From positions 1-37,918 of IMG/VR virus record IMGVR_UViG_3300017777_003696: a stretch of DNA of 37,918 nucleotides. One strand, written 5' to 3'. Both the position numbers and the translations under genes were made by a program. The notes under the pieces are model-generated. The model had not been told where the DNA came from. It made no database searches and saw nothing but the letters and a program-made list of their open reading frames with translations. The stretch is from a virus. Its lineage: Duplodnaviria; Caudoviricetes. This document shows positions 24,648 to 33,705 of the stretch, piece after piece. The first letter of the stretch is position 1; each line of letters starts with the position of its first letter.

Positions 24648-26327
24648 ATGAGCACGGCAATCAAACGGCGTCGGGGAACGACGGTTCAGCACTCCACTTT
24701 TATCGGCCAGCTCGGCGAGCTGACGGTGGACACGGACAAGAAGACTGTCGTGGTTCACGACGGCGTTAAAGCGGGCGGGTTCCCGCTCGCTTCGAATGAC
24801 ATCGTGAACGTCATGTCCTACGGGGCGAAGGGTGACGACACGACGGACGACAGGGCGGCGATTCAGGCGGCGCTCAATGCTGGCGCTGGGAAGGTGGTCA
24901 TCTTTCCGAAGCCGGTTTCCAAATATAAGATCGTCGGCAACCTGAATCCGGTGAGCAACTGCCACATTCGGGGCGAGGGTTATCCGACCATTCACCAGAC
25001 ATCGATCCGATCTCAGTCGATTGAGATCCCGCCAAGCACAACGAATCTGGTGATCGAGGGATTGCGATTCGAGACGGATGGCGCGTTCGATCTTGGGTCG
25101 GCTGGGAACAGCGTGATCGATTTGAACAGTGGTGGTGCGGCTGGTTATTGTTCGAACATCACCGTGCGCGATTGCATCATTGTGGGCACGCCGATCACCG
25201 GGATCAGCATGTATCGCGCGACAGGCGTGCGAATCGAGAGCTGCACGATCAATCACGCCATCGGAGAGCACGGCATTTACCTGTTGGACACGGATCGCGT
25301 CTTCATTCGTGGCAACCGGATCGTTGGTCCCGGCGTGTCTGGGAACGGAAGCAACGGCATCAAGCTTTCGGGCGCGTCCACGCAATTCACGATCTCGGAC
25401 AACCTGGTTTATTCTACTGCCACCTATGGAATCATGGTGACGGAGCAAGGTGGTGGCCGTCCGACCTATGGGAGTGTGGCGAACAACTCCATCGAAAGCG
25501 CGTTCGTTGGCATGTATATCTTCGGGGACAATATCAGCATCACGGGGAACGTGCTGAAGACTCCGACTCGCAACGGGATCGAAATTACGGGGAGCACGAA
25601 CGTCACTTGCGTGGGCAATGTGATCAAGGGCGTGGCGACGGCTGGCTATCACGGGATTTCCGTGGATGTGGACGGTGGGACAGTGAGCGGCAACGTCATC
25701 ACGGATTGCCCGCGCGGCATCGAGATCGGGATCGGATGCGTGGGGCTTCGCATCTGTGACAACATGCTGAACAACACGGCGAACACTGGCACGCGGGCCT
25801 TCAACCTGGCCGGCCCGCTCGCCGGGTTTATTCCCGTGTGGATCTACAACAATACGGCTCTCGGTTACGCGGATCTGATGTTCTACGCGGATGAATATTG
25901 CTACGAATGGGGCAACGTTCTCAGCACAACGCAGACGATCCCACAGACGCGCGGCACTTCTTGCCTGAAGGCCGCGAGCGTTGGGGCTGGCACAACTGCC
26001 GGCTATATGCGCACGAACGCGGAGGTTTATATTCACACGTCGGAAGGCAATATTGTGAACAAGGCGTCCACGGATGATCTTTGGAATTTAGGGGCACTGA
26101 CCACGGCGGCGGGCATGTATGCGAAGGTAGCACTGTGCCTGAGCAGCTCGGCTGTCGCCAGCATCGTGAAGGGCGCGGAAGCGAATTCACGCAACGGCTC
26201 GAAGCTGCCGTGGGTTCGTCGTTCGCTGGCTATTGTCGGCTACGTGCAACTGGAACCGAGTTATGCGGGCGGCGCGCTGGGTGGCGCGTTTATGTCCGAC
26301 ACGATTGGCCTTCAAAACATGCCATGA
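24648..26327 (+). CDS. Tailspike/depolymerase: Mtd_N-like head plus right-handed beta-helix
   Basis: RRGTT.QHSTF.G..GELTVDTDKKTVVVHDG..AGGFPLA (Mtd_N-like), NVMSYGAKGD.TTDD.AAIQAAL (pectate-lyase-3-like start), repeated I.GN.I strands. AAGGA RBS. Confidence 0.9.
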   Translation: MSTAIKRRRGTTVQHSTFIGQLGELTVDTDKKTVVVHDGVKAGGFPLASNDIVNVMSYGAKGDDTTDDRAAIQAALNAGAGKVVIFPKPVSKYKIVGNLNPVSNCHIRGEGYPTIHQTSIRSQSIEIPPSTTNLVIEGLRFETDGAFDLGSAGNSVIDLNSGGAAGYCSNITVRDCIIVGTPITGISMYRATGVRIESCTINHAIGEHGIYLLDTDRVFIRGNRIVGPGVSGNGSNGIKLSGASTQFTISDNLVYSTATYGIMVTEQGGGRPTYGSVANNSIESAFVGMYIFGDNISITGNVLKTPTRNGIEITGSTNVTCVGNVIKGVATAGYHGISVDVDGGTVSGNVITDCPRGIEIGIGCVGLRICDNMLNNTANTGTRAFNLAGPLAGFIPVWIYNNTALGYADLMFYADEYCYEWGNVLSTTQTIPQTRGTSCLKAASVGAGTTAGYMRTNAEVYIHTSEGNIVNKASTDDLWNLGALTTAAGMYAKVALCLSSSAVASIVKGAEANSRNGSKLPWVRRSLAIVGYVQLEPSYAGGALGGAFMSDTIGLQNMP

Positions 26328-26794
26328 TGAAAGCGTTCCGCTTCAACTTCCTCGCCGTCCTGTTCCTCGGGGTGGCTTTCATCCTGGCGGGGTGTGGCCC
26401 GAAGGCGCCAGACCGCTCGCTGATCTTGTGGGAACAACCTTCGCCGGAAATTGCGGCGAAGGCGTACGCGCGCGACGGCGCCGGGGTGTTGCGTGTGTTC
26501 CACGTTCTTCCGACCGGAAGCATGGAGCCGTTTCTAACTGGCGGGGATTGGATCGTGGTGGACTTCGGCGTTCCGTTCACGGCGATCAAGGCGGGCGATT
26601 TGCTCGTGTATCAGGCAAATTGGCTTCCGGCCGATTCGCCTCCGGTGACGCACATGGCGGCGGCGCGAAGCGGGCCTGGCTGGGCGATGGATGGCATCGC
26701 GAATCGCCACTATGAGAACGGCACGCAAACCATGATGCCGGCCGATTATCGCGGGAAGGTGATCCAGGTTTACACGAAGCGGAAGAAGACGTGA
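26324..26794 (+). CDS. Lipoprotein with S26 (SipW/ER-type) signal-peptidase-like domain
   Basis: Signal peptide with LAGC lipobox. TGSMEP (26516-26530), GD.IVV, I.AGD..VY, VTH (26645-26653) and G.AN motifs. The ATG at 26324 overlaps the tailspike stop. Confidence 0.8.
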   Translation: MMKAFRFNFLAVLFLGVAFILAGCGPKAPDRSLILWEQPSPEIAAKAYARDGAGVLRVFHVLPTGSMEPFLTGGDWIVVDFGVPFTAIKAGDLLVYQANWLPADSPPVTHMAAARSGPGWAMDGIANRHYENGTQTMMPADYRGKVIQVYTKRKKT

Positions 26795-27537
26795 AGACTC
26801 CGCTGACAACGACGCAACGCGTGGCGCTTCGCGGCTTGTTTGCCGCGCTGGCCTTGGTTGCTGTCGTTGCCTGGGCGGTGTTCGTCTCTGGGTGCCAGGT
26901 GGCACAGTGGCGCGTCCTTCAGAAGAAGGTGGACGGCGCCGATGGCGTGAAGCCGGCCGCACAAGTGGAAGGGGAGAAGCGCGCGGCGGCTTACATCGTC
27001 GCCAGGACGACGCCACCCGTGGCAGATCCGGCCGTGGCCGTTCAGGATGTGAACCAGGTGGCAACGGGCCTTTCTTCGTCCCTGGGACAGCCGGCAACGC
27101 CTGTCACGACGGCGGACAGGGACGCCGCGATCGCCACCCTGACGGCGGGCCTGAAGGCGAAGGACGCGCAACTGGACAAGTGGCGGGCGTTCGGACGGAA
27201 ACATGCCGGCGTCGCGCTGGAAGACACGGGGATCAATCTTGCCGGGCCGGCCGGATTGCTCGCCTTCGCCGGGGTGATCGCGGCGTGCATCTTCGTGCCT
27301 GGCTTCGGTTACGTGCTGCTTCGCTTGGTTCCCGTCCTGTGGGGCATGGTGAAGCGGATGGCGGCGGGTATCGAGTCGTTCGCGGCGGATGCGCCGGCCC
27401 AGGGGAAGGTTTTGAAAGAAGCCTACCTGTCGCGGAAGATGAACGAGGTGGACAAACGAATTGTGAAACAGCGAAAAAAGGCCATCCGGCCGGAAGAACT
27501 AATTTCAGCGGCTTCCGTCGCTGTGCCTACCCCCTAA
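26791..27537 (+). CDS. Membrane lipoprotein with C-terminal TM region (u-spanin-like topology)
   Basis: N-terminal signal with VSGC lipobox, helical middle, hydrophobic GLLAFAGVIAACIFVPGFGYVLL segment, basic tail. Confidence 0.55.
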   Translation: MKTPLTTTQRVALRGLFAALALVAVVAWAVFVSGCQVAQWRVLQKKVDGADGVKPAAQVEGEKRAAAYIVARTTPPVADPAVAVQDVNQVATGLSSSLGQPATPVTTADRDAAIATLTAGLKAKDAQLDKWRAFGRKHAGVALEDTGINLAGPAGLLAFAGVIAACIFVPGFGYVLLRLVPVLWGMVKRMAAGIESFAADAPAQGKVLKEAYLSRKMNEVDKRIVKQRKKAIRPEELISAASVAVPTP

Positions 27538-27771
27538 ATGAACGACTTCCTCAATCGCATTGCTGACGAAGTGAAGCCTGGTGTGGCGCACACGGTGGGA
27601 GCCGTGTCGGGCGGCACTGGCTTGGTGTTGTGGGCGGACATCGCGAAGCATCTAACGATCATGATGGGCCTGTTGATCGCCGTCATGGCGTTCATCGGTG
27701 GCGTGTTCTACGCCACATATTGGGCGATCAAGGCGCTGCGGGAGTGGAAGGAAATGCGGAAGAGCGGCTGA
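27538..27771 (+). CDS. Holin-like small membrane protein
   Basis: 77 aa, 1-2 hydrophobic segments, charged C terminus. Last gene of the late arm. Confidence 0.55.
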   Translation: MNDFLNRIADEVKPGVAHTVGAVSGGTGLVLWADIAKHLTIMMGLLIAVMAFIGGVFYATYWAIKALREWKEMRKSG

Positions 27772-28291
27772 TGCGCTCGGCGTTTGTCTTCTGGCCGTGG
27801 CACGCCAGGCATCGAATCGCGTAGGCGCCGACATCTTCAGGCGTCAGGCGCCGGATGAATTCGCCGACGTGCTCGAAGCTGGTGAGTGTTCCACATGGAA
27901 CAACGTGGTCGATTTGCACCTGTTTCCGGGGGAACGGCTTTTTGCAGTCGTGGCACAGGTAGGCCCATTTCTGGCCATTCGGCCCTTTGCACGGGAAGCG
28001 GGCGGCATGGAGCGCGGCGACGGCCGGCTTCCAGAAGCGGGACATGCGGCGAAGGCACGAACGTATTGCCTGCCAGTATTGGGCTTCCGTCCAGGTGGCG
28101 GCGTTGCGGGTGCGCGGAACGCGGCCGTCGCGCTTTCCTTTCGATTTGGCGGGGGTGGCTCCCTTCACCTGGACCTGGGGGACTTCTGGCTTCCTGGGCG
28201 CCAGGGCGGCGGGCAAGCCATCGCTGGCGTTCGCGGCCAGGAAACCGAGTGATGCCTTGGGGAAGCGTTCGCGGAGCTGGGCGAATGTCAT
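27728..28291 (-). CDS. HNH endonuclease-like protein
   Basis: CHDC...VQIDHVVP...CLACH..KT. Confidence 0.85.
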   Translation of the reverse strand: MTFAQLRERFPKASLGFLAANASDGLPAALAPRKPEVPQVQVKGATPAKSKGKRDGRVPRTRNAATWTEAQYWQAIRSCLRRMSRFWKPAVAALHAARFPCKGPNGQKWAYLCHDCKKPFPRKQVQIDHVVPCGTLTSFEHVGEFIRRLTPEDVGAYAIRCLACHGQKTNAERISRSSAFPSTPAAP

Positions 28292-28557
28292 ACCAGCCAG
28301 CCTTTGGCGCGGGCTTCCTTTGGGTGCGAGTGAATCCAGTCATGGGCTTCGCGACAGACGGCGAGCCAGGTGGATTCTCGAAGGTAGTTCCCGCCGTAGC
28401 GGCCGGCCGTGTGGTGGATGTCGCGGGAACGCGCCTTTGGGTTCAGGCCAGGGAGGTAGCGCGCCACCTGGCAAACCGGGTGCGCCTTCAGGAACGCACG
28501 GCGGGCGGTGGAGTAGAGCGCGAGCTGGGCCCGGCGCCGGTCGGAAATCTGCTTCAC
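28288..28557 (-). CDS. Small HNH-like nuclease
   Basis: HPVCQV...DIHH..GR...WLAVCREAHDWIH. GTG start at 28557 overlaps the upstream stop. Confidence 0.8.
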   Translation of the reverse strand: MKQISDRRRAQLALYSTARRAFLKAHPVCQVARYLPGLNPKARSRDIHHTAGRYGGNYLRESTWLAVCREAHDWIHSHPKEARAKGWLV

Positions 28558-29015
28558 GCGGGCTTCCTCCCGGTGCAAGCGGACGGCGGCGTGGAATAGT
28601 CGTGAAGCCAGCGGCCGAATCGCTTGCCCGTCTTTTGATCGCGTCCGTCAATGTGGACGACGAACGGCTTCACGGCTGTCACCTGAATGCCTTCGCCTCC
28701 GTTGAACTTTGCGGCCGGGCAACGGCATTCCGTTCCGGCGCGGTGGATGCAATCGCGACAGATCGCCATCACGCCAGGGATAGGCGCGTTCACGGGCGCC
28801 TCGGCATACAGGCGCGGGTGCGGTTCAATGATCGTGTCGGAGCATTGCCGGCAAAGAATGACGAAGATGCGCTGGGGTTGATCGGCCGCGTCGTGCTCGA
28901 TCCAGGTGGCAACGCGGTGGGACGATTGGCATTTCTGGCACAAGAGCGGGCTGACGCACGCGGGCAGGGTGACGGACAGGCGGGGCCAGGTGGCGGGGTC
29001 GGACTTCGGTTTCAC
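28554..29015 (-). CDS. Cys-rich putative zinc-binding protein
   Basis: CQKC, CRQC, CRDC and CRC motifs. GTG start at 29015 overlaps the upstream stop. Confidence 0.7.
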   Translation of the reverse strand: MKPKSDPATWPRLSVTLPACVSPLLCQKCQSSHRVATWIEHDAADQPQRIFVILCRQCSDTIIEPHPRLYAEAPVNAPIPGVMAICRDCIHRAGTECRCPAAKFNGGEGIQVTAVKPFVVHIDGRDQKTGKRFGRWLHDYSTPPSACTGRKPA

Positions 29016-29332
29016 TTGAAGAAGAGAACGATGGTTTGATTCACGTAGGCGAGGGTCACGACGTAAGCGACGATCGGGCCGATAATGATGGCCGCGATGA
29101 CAAGTGGGCGGTGGCGGCGCCGGACTAGAAAGAGCGCGATCAGTCCAGCGACGAACACGACGCCAGGAATCGCCCAGATCGTGGTGAAGCAAACGAGAAT
29201 GCCGGCCATGATGGCACAGAGAAAAGCCAGCGCGTTGAAAGGGGTGGCTTCGGCTTCGTCGCCAGTGAGACGGCAAGCGAGAACGTAGAAGATGACGGCC
29301 AGGACGGCGAGGGTGATGGCTGCGGTGATCAT
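29012..29332 (-). CDS. Small multi-pass membrane protein
   Basis: About four hydrophobic segments in 106 aa. The ATG at 29332 overlaps the methyltransferase stop. Confidence 0.7.
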   Translation of the reverse strand: MITAAITLAVLAVIFYVLACRLTGDEAEATPFNALAFLCAIMAGILVCFTTIWAIPGVVFVAGLIALFLVRRRHRPLVIAAIIIGPIVAYVVTLAYVNQTIVLFFK

Positions 29333-29826
29333 GGGCGCTTCCATTTCCAAGTGTTGAAGCCGGCGACGCCGAAGCCGAAGACGGAAAGGATGCAATCCTT
29401 CGGGTAGCCCCAGGTCGGGTTCGCCGGATTGAACGCGATGCGGCCCTGAAGCGCGGCAACGATGGCCTGGCCGTGGACGTGATCAGCGAACCAGTTCGAT
29501 CCAACGCTGGCCGGCGTGAGGAAAAGGATCTTCGCGCCCAGGGCGCCTTCCTCGCGGCACTTCTTTGCCCAGGGCGCGATGTTGTCGAAGGGCGGGTTCA
29601 GCCAAAGCAGGCCAGGAATCTTGTGCCACTCTTGGCGAAGCGAGTCGTCCGCGATGCTGAAGAAGTTCGCGTGTTTGGTGTTCGCGGCGTGCGCGGCGAG
29701 GTCGAAATTGATCGGGCCGAAGCGTCGGGTTACGGCTTCCATGAATTCGGGCGGGGTGGCGTAATCCTGTTTCGAGCTGGCGCGGTTAAACCCGGCGCCC
29801 GTGCGTTTGGTTGGTGAAGCGATCAT
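29329..29826 (-). CDS. Phage DNA N6-adenine methyltransferase
   Basis: DYATP, FDLAA...NTK, DSL.QEW, WLNPPF catalytic motif and GRIAF. ATG at 29826. Confidence 0.9.
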   Translation of the reverse strand: MIASPTKRTGAGFNRASSKQDYATPPEFMEAVTRRFGPINFDLAAHAANTKHANFFSIADDSLRQEWHKIPGLLWLNPPFDNIAPWAKKCREEGALGAKILFLTPASVGSNWFADHVHGQAIVAALQGRIAFNPANPTWGYPKDCILSVFGFGVAGFNTWKWKRP

Positions 29827-30095
29827 GATTTGGTGTCTGACGCGGCTTCGTGCCACGTCGGGAAAAGTTGGGTGTAGGATTCGACCATGCTGACGGTGAC
29901 GGTGCGGCCGCTCTTCCCGCGAATGGTCAGGAGCGTGTCCGGGATGGCTCCGCGTTTCGTGATGCCGTTGGGCTTGGCGCCAACGACGGCGCCGACGTGG
30001 CGAACGCTGCCGGCGACAGGCACGCATCCGATCACGGCGCCGGGTTTTGGGTAGAAGGCGGCGATCTGTCCGACGTATTTGCTGGGCTCGCTCAT
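29823..30095 (-). CDS. Hypothetical protein
   Basis: ATG at 30095 (MSEPSKYVGQ...), with 4-nt overlaps on both sides. Confidence 0.7.
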   Translation of the reverse strand: MSEPSKYVGQIAAFYPKPGAVIGCVPVAGSVRHVGAVVGAKPNGITKRGAIPDTLLTIRGKSGRTVTVSMVESYTQLFPTWHEAASDTKS

Positions 30096-30424
30096 GTCGG
30101 CTCTTTCTGCGGGTGGAGTGTGGCGGCGACGCCTCGAAGCGTCGTGTCGGTGAACTTCACGCGGGCGCAATATATGTGCCGGCATTGGGTTCGGTCGGGA
30201 TCGGGCTGGCCTGGGGCGCCGTAGTGAACCCACTTCCCGCCGTTGTCCTTCCGGTTGCGGGTGCATGTAGTGGTGAAGTCGCGACAATCGCATTCGCCGT
30301 TTCCGCCCAGCTCGGACAGGTCAACGACGTGATACAGGCGCGGGTCTTCCCAGGATTCGACGCGGTAGCGCAACGGCTCGCCTTCGATCTCCTGGACTTT
30401 GACGGTGCGCTTCAGTTTGCCCAT
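30092..30424 (-). CDS. SWIM zinc-finger protein
   Basis: YRVES...YHVV...ECDCRDF...QCRHI fits the CxC-xn-CxH pattern. Confidence 0.8.
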   Translation of the reverse strand: MGKLKRTVKVQEIEGEPLRYRVESWEDPRLYHVVDLSELGGNGECDCRDFTTTCTRNRKDNGGKWVHYGAPGQPDPDRTQCRHIYCARVKFTDTTLRGVAATLHPQKEPT

Positions 30425-30426
30425 GG

Positions 30427-31764
30427 TCAGGGTGCCTTCGCGGCGGTGGCTTGTTCGTAGAAGTTGAGCGCGGCCGGGTGTGCCTTGATCACGCGGCGAG
30501 ATCCGGACGCGATGAACAGACCTTCCTTCGTCCGCGCGCGAGACAGCGCGACGTATGCCTGGCCGTATTCGAACGCTTTGCCCAGGTGGACTTCGACCTT
30601 ATCGAGCGTCAGGCCCTGGCTTTTGTGGACCGTGATGGCCCAGGCCAGGCGAATCGGAATCTGGGTGCGACTGCCGATCTCTTTCTCGTTCTCACAAATC
30701 ACCCACTTCCATGCTTCCATCGTCATCTTCACGCCGTTTGCCCATTGGACAATCGGCATCCGAATGAATTTCCCCTGGAAGCCGATCACGGTGCCGAGGG
30801 TGCCGTTCACGATCCCGCGTTCCTGATCGATGTTTGCGCAGCACATGACGCGGGCGCCTTCCTTCAAATCGAGCGACTTCGGCATAAGGCATTTGTCGAG
30901 AATCCGAATGGCGCGGTCGGTGCCAACGTCGTCCGCCTGGAAGCCGATCTGTTGGGCTTCGATGGCGGCGAGGCGGGACAGGTTGATCGTCTCGGCGTCC
31001 TTGTTGTGCGTCGTGAGAATGACGGGCGGCGTGGTCGGGTCAGGGTCCGCTTTTCGGTAGCACGAATTCAGGACGGCGGACACGGCCGGCGTGATGTTTG
31101 CCACGCGCACATCGTTCAGCGCGTCGGCGAACGGCTGGTCTGCCTGGCGGAACACGCGCGTCAGGACGCGCGTGCGCACGTTCAATTCTTTCCAGACCTT
31201 GGCCTGGAAGGCGAAGCCGGCCGGGTTGACGTTGTTCTTCGACACGGGTGGGAGCTGAAGGAAGTCGCCGAACATGATGAGCTGCATTCCGCCGAACGGC
31301 TTGTCCGTGTCGCGGATCGCTCGGAACACGGTGTCAACGTGGTCGAGTAGGTCGGCGCTGATCATCGAGATTTCATCAATCGCCAGGTGATTCGTGCCGG
31401 TGATGTTTTCGAACGCGCGGCGGTTCGAGTTGAAGCGGATGCGGTGGATGGTGTTCTTCGTCGGCTCCTGAGCGCCGGTTTCCTGATCGCCGATTGCCAG
31501 GCCGGCCCAGGTGTGGAGCGTCAGACCGCCGACGTTCACGGCGGCGATGCCAGTGGAGCCGACAACGCCCAGGCGAAGCATCGCCTCACGGAAGCCGTCA
31601 CGCATCTGGCGAAGAAGGTGAGACTTTCCCGTGCCGGCGCTGCCGGTGCAAAGGACGGTGTGGAGGTTCAGCACGTCGTTCAGGCAAGCGTCCTGTTCGG
31701 GCGTGTTGACGGGCCCAGGCGGTGGCGTCGGGGCGGGAGGTGTGGCGTCAGGAGTGTCGGGCAT
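30427..31764 (-). CDS. PIF1/RecD-like SF1B helicase
   Basis: GSAGTGKS, TGIAAVN, IDEISM, PFGG.Q...GDFLQLPPV, AWAITVHKSQGLT and YVALSR motifs. ATG at 31764. Confidence 0.93.
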   Translation of the reverse strand: MPDTPDATPPAPTPPPGPVNTPEQDACLNDVLNLHTVLCTGSAGTGKSHLLRQMRDGFREAMLRLGVVGSTGIAAVNVGGLTLHTWAGLAIGDQETGAQEPTKNTIHRIRFNSNRRAFENITGTNHLAIDEISMISADLLDHVDTVFRAIRDTDKPFGGMQLIMFGDFLQLPPVSKNNVNPAGFAFQAKVWKELNVRTRVLTRVFRQADQPFADALNDVRVANITPAVSAVLNSCYRKADPDPTTPPVILTTHNKDAETINLSRLAAIEAQQIGFQADDVGTDRAIRILDKCLMPKSLDLKEGARVMCCANIDQERGIVNGTLGTVIGFQGKFIRMPIVQWANGVKMTMEAWKWVICENEKEIGSRTQIPIRLAWAITVHKSQGLTLDKVEVHLGKAFEYGQAYVALSRARTKEGLFIASGSRRVIKAHPAALNFYEQATAAKAP

Positions 31765-31769
31765 GGGCG

Positions 31770-33665
31770 TCAGAACGGTTGATCGTCGTCTTGTTTGAGC
31801 GGGAGGGTGGGAGCGGTGTCGGCAACGGGCGGCACGATGTCCGCCTGTTTTGTCCGGAAGGACTTCGAAGGATTGTCGAACCAGAGTTTGGTCCGGGGGC
31901 GCTTGCCGGTGCGGCGCTGTTTGCACACGAGAAGAAGGCCGTCATGGAGCTTCGACAGCTCTTCGATCTTCGTCGTGTCGTTCGTCTCGCGGGCGATGTT
32001 TGTCTTCTCTTCCTTTTCCACGTTGCGCCAGACCGTCAGCACGTTGTTGAACGGCGCCAGGATGCCGGCGCTTCCGAGCACGTCGGACATCGCCGGGATC
32101 TTATCCTCGCCCTTCTTGATCGCGGAGTGTGCGAGAAGCCACAGGTGCGCGTCCGTGTTCGCACGCGTGAAGTTGCGGCACGCCTTGGCGAACTGATCCT
32201 GGCCTTCGTAGTCGTCTTTCCGGACGAAGAACATCAGCGAATCGATCACAAAGCGCGTGCATCCGAACCGCTGGGCGGCGTAACGGAAATCCTCGAACAC
32301 GGGCGCCCAGGTCTTCATCTCGTCGTCCTTGTTGCTGAAGAACCACAGGCGTCCATCGAGCCAATCAATCGCGCGATCCACTTCGTGCTCGTCTGGTTTC
32401 TTACCCAGGAACTGAGTCGCCAGGTTCACGATCATCTCGTCCGGCCCGATCTCGGCGCTGCCGACACAAGTTTTGTGGCCGCTTGCCATCTCGTGAAGAA
32501 ACACCTGATACGTCAGTTCGCTTTTCCCGTGGCCTGGGTAGCCTTGGCACAGAGAACATTCGCCGTCGCGGAGCTGGAACGGGAAGTCCGGGAAGACGAA
32601 GGTGTTCACGGCATCCTCGTTTCGCTCGCGACGTAGGCGGTTCTTCACTTCCTCGCGGAAGGCGCCGGCACTGCGCAGCGTCGGCGGGTCGTAGGAGAAC
32701 GCGCGGGCAATCCAGGCGGACACTTCCAACTGGCCGGGCTCTGAATTCACGAGCGCGTCGTTTGCGTCCTTGAACGGCTCCGGTGGAAGCAGGCGATAGC
32801 ATCGCGCCAGGCCCAGGCGTTTGCAGATGACGCGCGCGGCTTCCTCGCCAGGACGAAGGCCGGTCTTTGGATGCGGCTCGTCGCGGTCCGTCATCACGTA
32901 GATTTTTTCCAGGCGCATCAGCGCGTCGTAATCGTTTTCGATCCAGTCCATGTTCGAACAGCCGGACGGGAGTGACAGGACGGGCATCCCAGGATCCAAC
33001 TGGTGGACGGACATGGCATCGTATTCGCCTTCCGTGATGATGATCGCGCGGTCGGACGGCTTCACGTTCCACCATCCCCAAAGCGTATAAAACGGCTGAG
33101 TCGTCCAGATGTCCTTCTTCCCTTCCTTTGTCGGTTTGATCCCGGTGGACTTCAACATGGTCGGCTCGCCTTCGCTGTCGGTGTATTGGAAGCACACGAA
33201 ATTTTCGTTGTGCTCGGACGGCCGGCGATGCGTGCGAACGCGGTAGGTCTTCAGCGTGTTCGGGTGAAGGCCGCGCTTCTCCTGAAGGTATTTCAGTTCC
33301 GGCGTGCCGGACATGGGATGCACGTCCACCAGTTCAGGCTTCGGCGGGCGCGGCTTCGGCTTCGGGCGTTCGATGTTCGAAATGCCGGCGTAGCGGCAAA
33401 TCTCCGGGAACGCTTCTTTGAACGTCTGGCCCTTGGCGGCGCACCACAGATCGAAGATGTCGCCTTTGTCCGTCATGGTCGCGTGATCGCGCCACACGCC
33501 TTTCTTGTCGCCGCGAAGGTTGATCGTCATGGACGAACCTTCTTCGCCGGCTGGCGAGCCGATCAGGAATTCGTGGCCGCGCACCTTGCCCTTCGGGAAG
33601 AGGTAGAAGCACACGCTTTCCACGTTGGACAGAAGCCGTTCCTTGACTGATTTCGCATCGTGCAT
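31770..33665 (-). CDS. Bifunctional primase-helicase (T7 gp4/Twinkle-like TOPRIM plus SF4 helicase)
   Basis: IITEGEYDAMS, SLPSG, D.D, FKDAND, GYPGHGKS, FVIDSL and LLAH motifs. Confidence 0.93.
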   Translation of the reverse strand: MHDAKSVKERLLSNVESVCFYLFPKGKVRGHEFLIGSPAGEEGSSMTINLRGDKKGVWRDHATMTDKGDIFDLWCAAKGQTFKEAFPEICRYAGISNIERPKPKPRPPKPELVDVHPMSGTPELKYLQEKRGLHPNTLKTYRVRTHRRPSEHNENFVCFQYTDSEGEPTMLKSTGIKPTKEGKKDIWTTQPFYTLWGWWNVKPSDRAIIITEGEYDAMSVHQLDPGMPVLSLPSGCSNMDWIENDYDALMRLEKIYVMTDRDEPHPKTGLRPGEEAARVICKRLGLARCYRLLPPEPFKDANDALVNSEPGQLEVSAWIARAFSYDPPTLRSAGAFREEVKNRLRRERNEDAVNTFVFPDFPFQLRDGECSLCQGYPGHGKSELTYQVFLHEMASGHKTCVGSAEIGPDEMIVNLATQFLGKKPDEHEVDRAIDWLDGRLWFFSNKDDEMKTWAPVFEDFRYAAQRFGCTRFVIDSLMFFVRKDDYEGQDQFAKACRNFTRANTDAHLWLLAHSAIKKGEDKIPAMSDVLGSAGILAPFNNVLTVWRNVEKEEKTNIARETNDTTKIEELSKLHDGLLLVCKQRRTGKRPRTKLWFDNPSKSFRTKQADIVPPVADTAPTLPLKQDDDQPF

Positions 33666-33705
33666 GAGCTGGAAAGTTGGCCGGATAACGCGCCGGCCGC
33701 GCGGT

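Noticed and set aside
8420-26036. Long antisense ORFs such as 8420..9637, 11676..12908, 22824..24035 and 24630..26036
   Set aside because: Shadow frames of GC-rich genes with clear motifs on the other strand. No recognisable domains.
24648-26327. Diversity-generating retroelement suggested by the Mtd_N-like domain
   Set aside because: No reverse transcriptase, no Avd-like gene and no TR/VR pair differing at adenines seen. The C-terminal part is a beta-helix rather than a C-type lectin fold.
1577-27771. Stop-codon reassignment
   Set aside because: Core genes are full length in the standard code, and TAA, TGA and TAG all end genes at sensible boundaries.
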